DNA from: Octopus sinensis
Taxonomy: Eukaryota
Assembly (NCBI RefSeq): GCF_006345805.1
Contig: NW_021826406.1
Span: forward strand, 1-13,015
DNA: 13,015 nt
Direction of reading: 5' to 3'
A program made the position numbers and the translations under genes. How positions within the stretch are numbered: position 1 is the first letter of the stretch; each line of letters begins with the position of its first letter. The notes beneath the pieces are model-generated. The model had not been told where the DNA came from. It ran no database searches and worked only from the letters and a program-made list of their open reading frames with translations. Below, one piece after another: positions 8,370-13,015 of this stretch.

Positions 8370-8772
8370 TGCAGCATCGTTAGCAAGTCGGGAAAAATGC
8401 TTAGTGGCATTTCTTCCGATCCTGGTCGACTTTATTTTTCAATGTATGTCGGTGTTTTGCCGTAGCTTTACTTTGACTGAACAGGCTTATGGCAAAAAAT
8501 CATTGCTACTGCGAAATTTCGAGGATATTCTGTATAATATTAAATTATCCGATTTTCGTTATATTGAAAAAAAATATTCTGGGATGTGATTTCAGATGAT
8601 TAACTGTTATTTCTTGCAGATTTATCGGCCTCGTAGCAGATCCCTTATTGGCTCAGTGAACTGATACGCCAGCGCCTGTTATGCAATATAACTTTATATG
8701 ACACTAGGTTTGGAAGGACGTGATGTCGTGTATGCAATATAGAATATTAAAGCTTATGTAATAATATTTTAG

Positions 8773-8824
8773 TAAATTGGTGACTGAAATATTTATTGTA
8801 AATTGGTGACTGAAATATTTATTG
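8773..8824. repeat. Perfect 2 x 26-bp tandem duplication
   Basis: TAAATTGGTGACTGAAATATTTATTG at 8773-8798 and 8799-8824. Confidence 0.97.
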
Positions 8825-8896
8825 CTCGAGATAATCATCAAGTACAAGTCGGTGCTAAAACTCAGTTGACGTCTTTGGTACAGATTTATATATATG

Positions 8897-9329
8897 CTCT
8901 TTTACTCTTTTACTTGTTTTAGTCATGTGAATGTGGCCATGCTGGAGCACCGCCGTTAGTCGAGTAATCGACCCCAGGATTTATTCTTTGTAAGCCTAGT
9001 ACTTATTCTATCGTTCTCCTTTGCCGAACCGCTAACTTACGGGGATGTAAACACAGCAGCATCTGTTGTCAAGCGATGTTGGGGGGACAAACACTGACAC
9101 ACAAACACATACACACACATACATATATATATGTGTGTGTGTGTGTGTGTGTACACATATATACGACGTGCTTCTTTCAGTTTCCATCTACCAAATCCAC
9201 TCACAAAGCTTTGGTCGGTCCGAGGCTATAGTAGAAGACACTTGCCGAAGGTGCCACGCATTGGGACTGAACCCGGAACCATGTGGTTGGTAAACAAGCT
9301 ACTTACCACACAGCCACTCCTACGCCTAT
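8897..9329 (-). mobile_element. tRNA-derived SINE, family 1, copy 2, full length with 19-bp TSD
   Basis: A box 9306-9316 and B box 9263-9273 on the minus strand; colinear with 3181-3585. Flanks GTACAGATTTATATATATG (8878-8896) and GTACAGATTTCTATATATG (9330-9348) match at 18 of 19. Confidence 0.95.
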
Positions 9330-9623
9330 GTACAGATTTCTATATATGTACACATACACGCATGTGTATGTATAGATCGTTATATCGGTGAATAGAAAAT
9401 TAGCCAATGAGCTTTCATGCTCAATATATGGGCATAAGCAGCTAAAACCCCTCCAGATCAAATCTTTGTGGTTTAAAAAAAAAGCAACAGGCACATTCAA
9501 TAATATACACGACTTTCGTAATTTCACGAATTTCGCATGCAACCAGCGAATCTCACTCTAATCAACCTAACTTCTTCATAGATTATACTACTCTATTATA
9601 GCTACTAACCAAGGGTTAAACCC

Positions 9624-9667
9624 CTGCTCCTCCTGCTCCTCCTCCTGCTCCTCCTCTCCTCCTCCTC

Positions 9668-9710
<43 letters not shown>
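9624..9710. repeat. (CCT)n/(CTA)n compound microsatellite
   Basis: Directly visible. Confidence 0.95.
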
Positions 9711-10604
9711 GGGGAGGCCTCTCCGTAATCCTTCGACCTGTGGTTTTTAGTTATCAAATTCTTCGAAATCCACTACTCTACGACTTGTGTAGTGGCCATT
9801 TTTGTCTTCCATACTTCAATGGTTTTCTCAATGATATTCACTCCTGAGATTCAGTTCGATATAATATAAAATCTCTTTATCGTCTCCATTTATAAGCATG
9901 TTATATGCTTACGTCAAAGGAGGGCTCCGCACACATGCTCGAGCGTGGACGCTTTGATGAAATTTAAGTATATCATTGTGGCTAATGATGGATCCTCAAA
10001 CTCTCGACGCCTTTTGACTGAGACTGGTGTACTACGCGAAGTATAATACATCGATCTTCAGCTTTTGTAGAGAATAGGACCTCACTAATAATTCTCTAAA
10101 TGGGTCACGCACTTCCTAGCGCCGGCAGTGGTTATAAAATAAACAGGTAATAGGCCTAAAGTTCCTGATTTCACCTCCTGTTTTCTCTGTCGTTCTGTAT
10201 TGGATCTGCCTTTCTTTTTGTTAGCCATGATGGTGCTGAATTTTCTATACAGTCAGTAAGAAACGAATGTATGTATCAGTCCATACTTGTGAGATTTTCA
10301 TACTAGAATTTCTGAATATCAGTCGTACCAGGATCTTTCTAATTTCGTATCATCTAAGCATCCTTTTCGCATTAAATTTTGTAACATTTATAATTTCTCG
10401 TCATTTCTCTCTCCATTCACACACATTATCCTTTATCTGATTATTTCTGAGTGGGCCATGTTTTATCGATAGATATTTCTCGAACAGCTAATTTACACAA
10501 AATGTGTAAGATAACAACACACACACACATAGATATGTACATACACATATTTTATTTGTTTTATAGTTATATGCTAATATAAACACAAGTACTCAGGCAG
10601 ACCA

Positions 10605-10615
10605 TATATATATAT

Positions 10616-10705
<90 letters not shown>

Positions 10706-10733
10706 GCGTTGCGTGTGCGTGTGTGTGTGTGTA
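10605..10733. repeat. (TA)n(TG)n microsatellite
   Basis: Directly visible. Confidence 0.95.
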
Positions 10734-10833
10734 TAAGGGTGTTAAGAATAGTTTTGGTTCAGAAAATTTCAGTCAAAATTCATTGTATAAACCAAGGCCA
10801 GAGAATTTAACCTATATTTAAGATGGCGGACAG

Positions 10834-10890
10834 AGTGGGCGAAGCCGAGATCACATGATTGTGATGCCAATTTCTTAACTACACAGCCAT
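10834..10890 (-). mobile_element. Isolated, degenerate tRNA-like SINE head related to family 1
   Basis: Minus strand ATGGCTGTGTAGTTAAGAAATTGGCATCACAATCATGTGATCTCGGCTTCGCCCACT aligns to the family-1 head GTGGCTGTGTGGTAAG...AACCACATGGTTCCGGGTTCAGTCCCACT. The B box is degraded and no body is seen. Confidence 0.55.
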
Positions 10891-12295
10891 GTGTATGCAG
10901 AATTTATAAGAATAATAATCTCTCAAATTTCAGTTAGCAATCATAGAAAGCCAGTTTCTATCATTTCATCAGCGCCATCTAGCACCAAATCTTTACATTA
11001 CAGTGTTACACCACCACCACCAACACTACTACTTTTACTCTTCTTCTTTTAGCATCCAAGCATATGAAGAATACTCTATATTTTGAAATCAATAGTAATT
11101 CATTGAAAGAAAATAAAACACAAAACCAAACCAAAAGTATAACAGCTAAAAAAAAAGACGCACACACACACACACAAGCACACATACACACATACACCCA
11201 CAGCTTTACCTTTTAGATTTCAATGTTTAAATATAAAATACAGGAGACAGCGGTGGGACGGGAGATAGTAAAGCAAAAATTTTAGTCAATAACGTCTGAT
11301 AGTCTATTGACTAAGCAATTGTAGGACGATATGCCGATACACACACGTATTATGTATGCATACACATATATAGACACATACGTGCTAAAATATACATGAA
11401 TGCCTATATATGCACAATTATATATGCACGCAAAATTGCAGCTATGTATTTTTGTATACAATTACACCTATATCTATCTTTCTTTCTATCTATCTATCTA
11501 TCTATCTATACATACATACACACACACACATATGTATATATATATATTTCTCTCTAAGACTCTCTAATTGTGTGTGTGTGTGGTGAGTGTGTGTGTGCGT
11601 TTGTATGTGTGAGTATGTGTGAGTGTATGTGCGTCCGTGCATGTACTTATGTGTATTCTAGCTGTTGTGAATGTATTTATCTATGTACAAGTACATGTAT
11701 AGAGATGCACACACATATTCACAGACGCATATATTTATATAAATGCAAAAAATATGCATATAAATATACAAGCGCGCACGTGTACTGTGGGTGGGTCTGT
11801 CTATATATATTTCAAAAAAAAAAACCAAACAGACTGATGTCAGTTACTTTACAAGGAACAAAAATCGATATAATATCAACTATCATTGGAACAGGAAAGA
11901 TTTATATCTGTGACTTGAAAGAAATATAGAGGAACATATAACAAAGACATATTCAATTTGCACTACCCTACCCATGAAACTTAAGTGCCCAGACAGTCAG
12001 TGATGCTATTTTCTTTCCTTTTGCGGTTTCAGAGTGTTCTCTGACATTTGCAACTATCTAGGGTCTATTTTTGTGCGGAAATCATACTAGCACACATGAC
12101 ACCTCACCCTACAGTACATACATGCTTACATACATACAAATATACATACAGACAGAAAGACACACAGACATACTCGCGAGTGCGAGCTGGCTTTGTTTAC
12201 GATTATTTATATATAAATATGTGCGCGCGCGCGTGTATGTGTATATGAATGTATATACGCATATATACATATATACACAAACAACTGCAAACTTC

Positions 12296-12332
<37 letters not shown>

Positions 12333-12360
12333 ATATATAATTATATATATATATATATAT
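12296..12360. repeat. Interrupted (TA)n microsatellite
   Basis: Directly visible. Confidence 0.95.
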
Positions 12361-12577
12361 CGGTTATGAGATGTAATAGTGTCAATAAGACCCAAAGGTA
12401 TCAGGTAATGATGTGAAAGTGCTATGGTTAGACCATAGGTTAAGCTCCAGGTTCGGTGATTCTGCAAATAAGAGTCCAACATAGGTCACATATCAGCGTG
12501 TGTATAAATAAATTTTTTTTTTCAGAATGAGATAAATAACCAACGCTGTGAAAATTTTAGAACATTTATAAATAGAA

Positions 12578-12626
12578 GGCCTTACAGCTGTTTCCTTGAT
12601 ATTTATTATATCCCTACATCAGAGAC
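12578..12626 (-). ncRNA. Decayed minimal type I hammerhead motif (A9>U)
   Basis: Minus strand: GTCT / CTGATGT (12622-12616) / AGG-GATAT-AATAA-ATATC-AAG / GAAAC-AGCT-GTA (12594-12583) / AGGC. Stem I has 4 bp with one G-U, stem II 5 bp, loop III is palindromic AGCT, and the triplet is GUA. Confidence 0.65.
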
Positions 12627-13015
12627 GGTGGGAAAAAATGGTTAAGGAATATTTAATTTAGATAAGATACGAAATAGAGAGTGAAGTGGGGGAATGAAAA
12701 TAGATCTGAGATATGCATTTGTAGATCCATTATTTAGGCAGATTGGTATACATATATGATTCCAATACCTTGTGAGTAAATTCCAATAGTATTTAAAATG
12801 TGTGTATTCTAAGTATAGAGTTTGTACACAGTGCTATTGAATCGAGGGTTTTATTTAAAGTGACATAAAAGTAGGGAATGTATTTGTAAAGTCAAATCGA
12901 AAACAGGAAGAGGGTAAGAGAGGAAAACAGTGAGAAAGGAATAAAGAAAAGAGGGAAAAAAGAAGAAAAAAGAAAAAGAAAAAACAAGAAGAGAGGAATA
13001 AAGTAAAGAAATTTT

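Noticed and set aside
8620-8665. Acceptor-like TTCTTGCAG followed by a short reading frame
   Set aside because: All frames stop within ~15 codons and the peptides are unrecognisable. Splice-like motifs are common in such DNA.
9990-10240. Faint similarity to non-LTR RT motifs (AFD.., KWVTHFL, SVL..FFLLAM)
   Set aside because: It needs several frameshifts, the spacing is off, and no YADD-like motif follows. Not supportable without a profile search.
11282-11314. 10-bp inverted repeat TTAGTCAATA/TATTGACTAA with 13-nt loop
   Set aside because: Short and AT-rich, so plausible by chance in this composition.

Overview
AT-rich, microsatellite-saturated eukaryotic DNA with no intact protein-coding gene that I can support. 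The repeat types look like those of Octopus genomes; this is my recollection, not a database result. Supported content: (1) a decayed, 5'-truncated Penelope-like retroelement (RT YIDD, thumb region and C-terminal GIY-YIG endonuclease; 6761-7930, +); (2) an internally deleted Tc1/mariner transposon with both TIRs and TA target sites (3637-4513); (3) two full copies and one head fragment of a tRNA-derived SINE, one with a 19-bp TSD, plus a second SINE family lacking its B box; (4) many (TA)n, (TACA)n, (TATC)n and (CA)n tracts. The most interesting signal is a set of sequence-unrelated, non-coding units carrying type I hammerhead ribozyme (HHR) motifs with palindromic minimal stem III. One is a 450-bp near-perfect palindrome (5764-6213) with an essentially intact HHR on each strand. 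A second fold-back (2-188) leads into an HHR-like motif with a U3:A8 compensatory core. Several units share the layout pyrimidine-rich tract > HHR > about 100-220 nt > microsatellite junction. All folding was done by eye, and no ribozyme activity has been tested.
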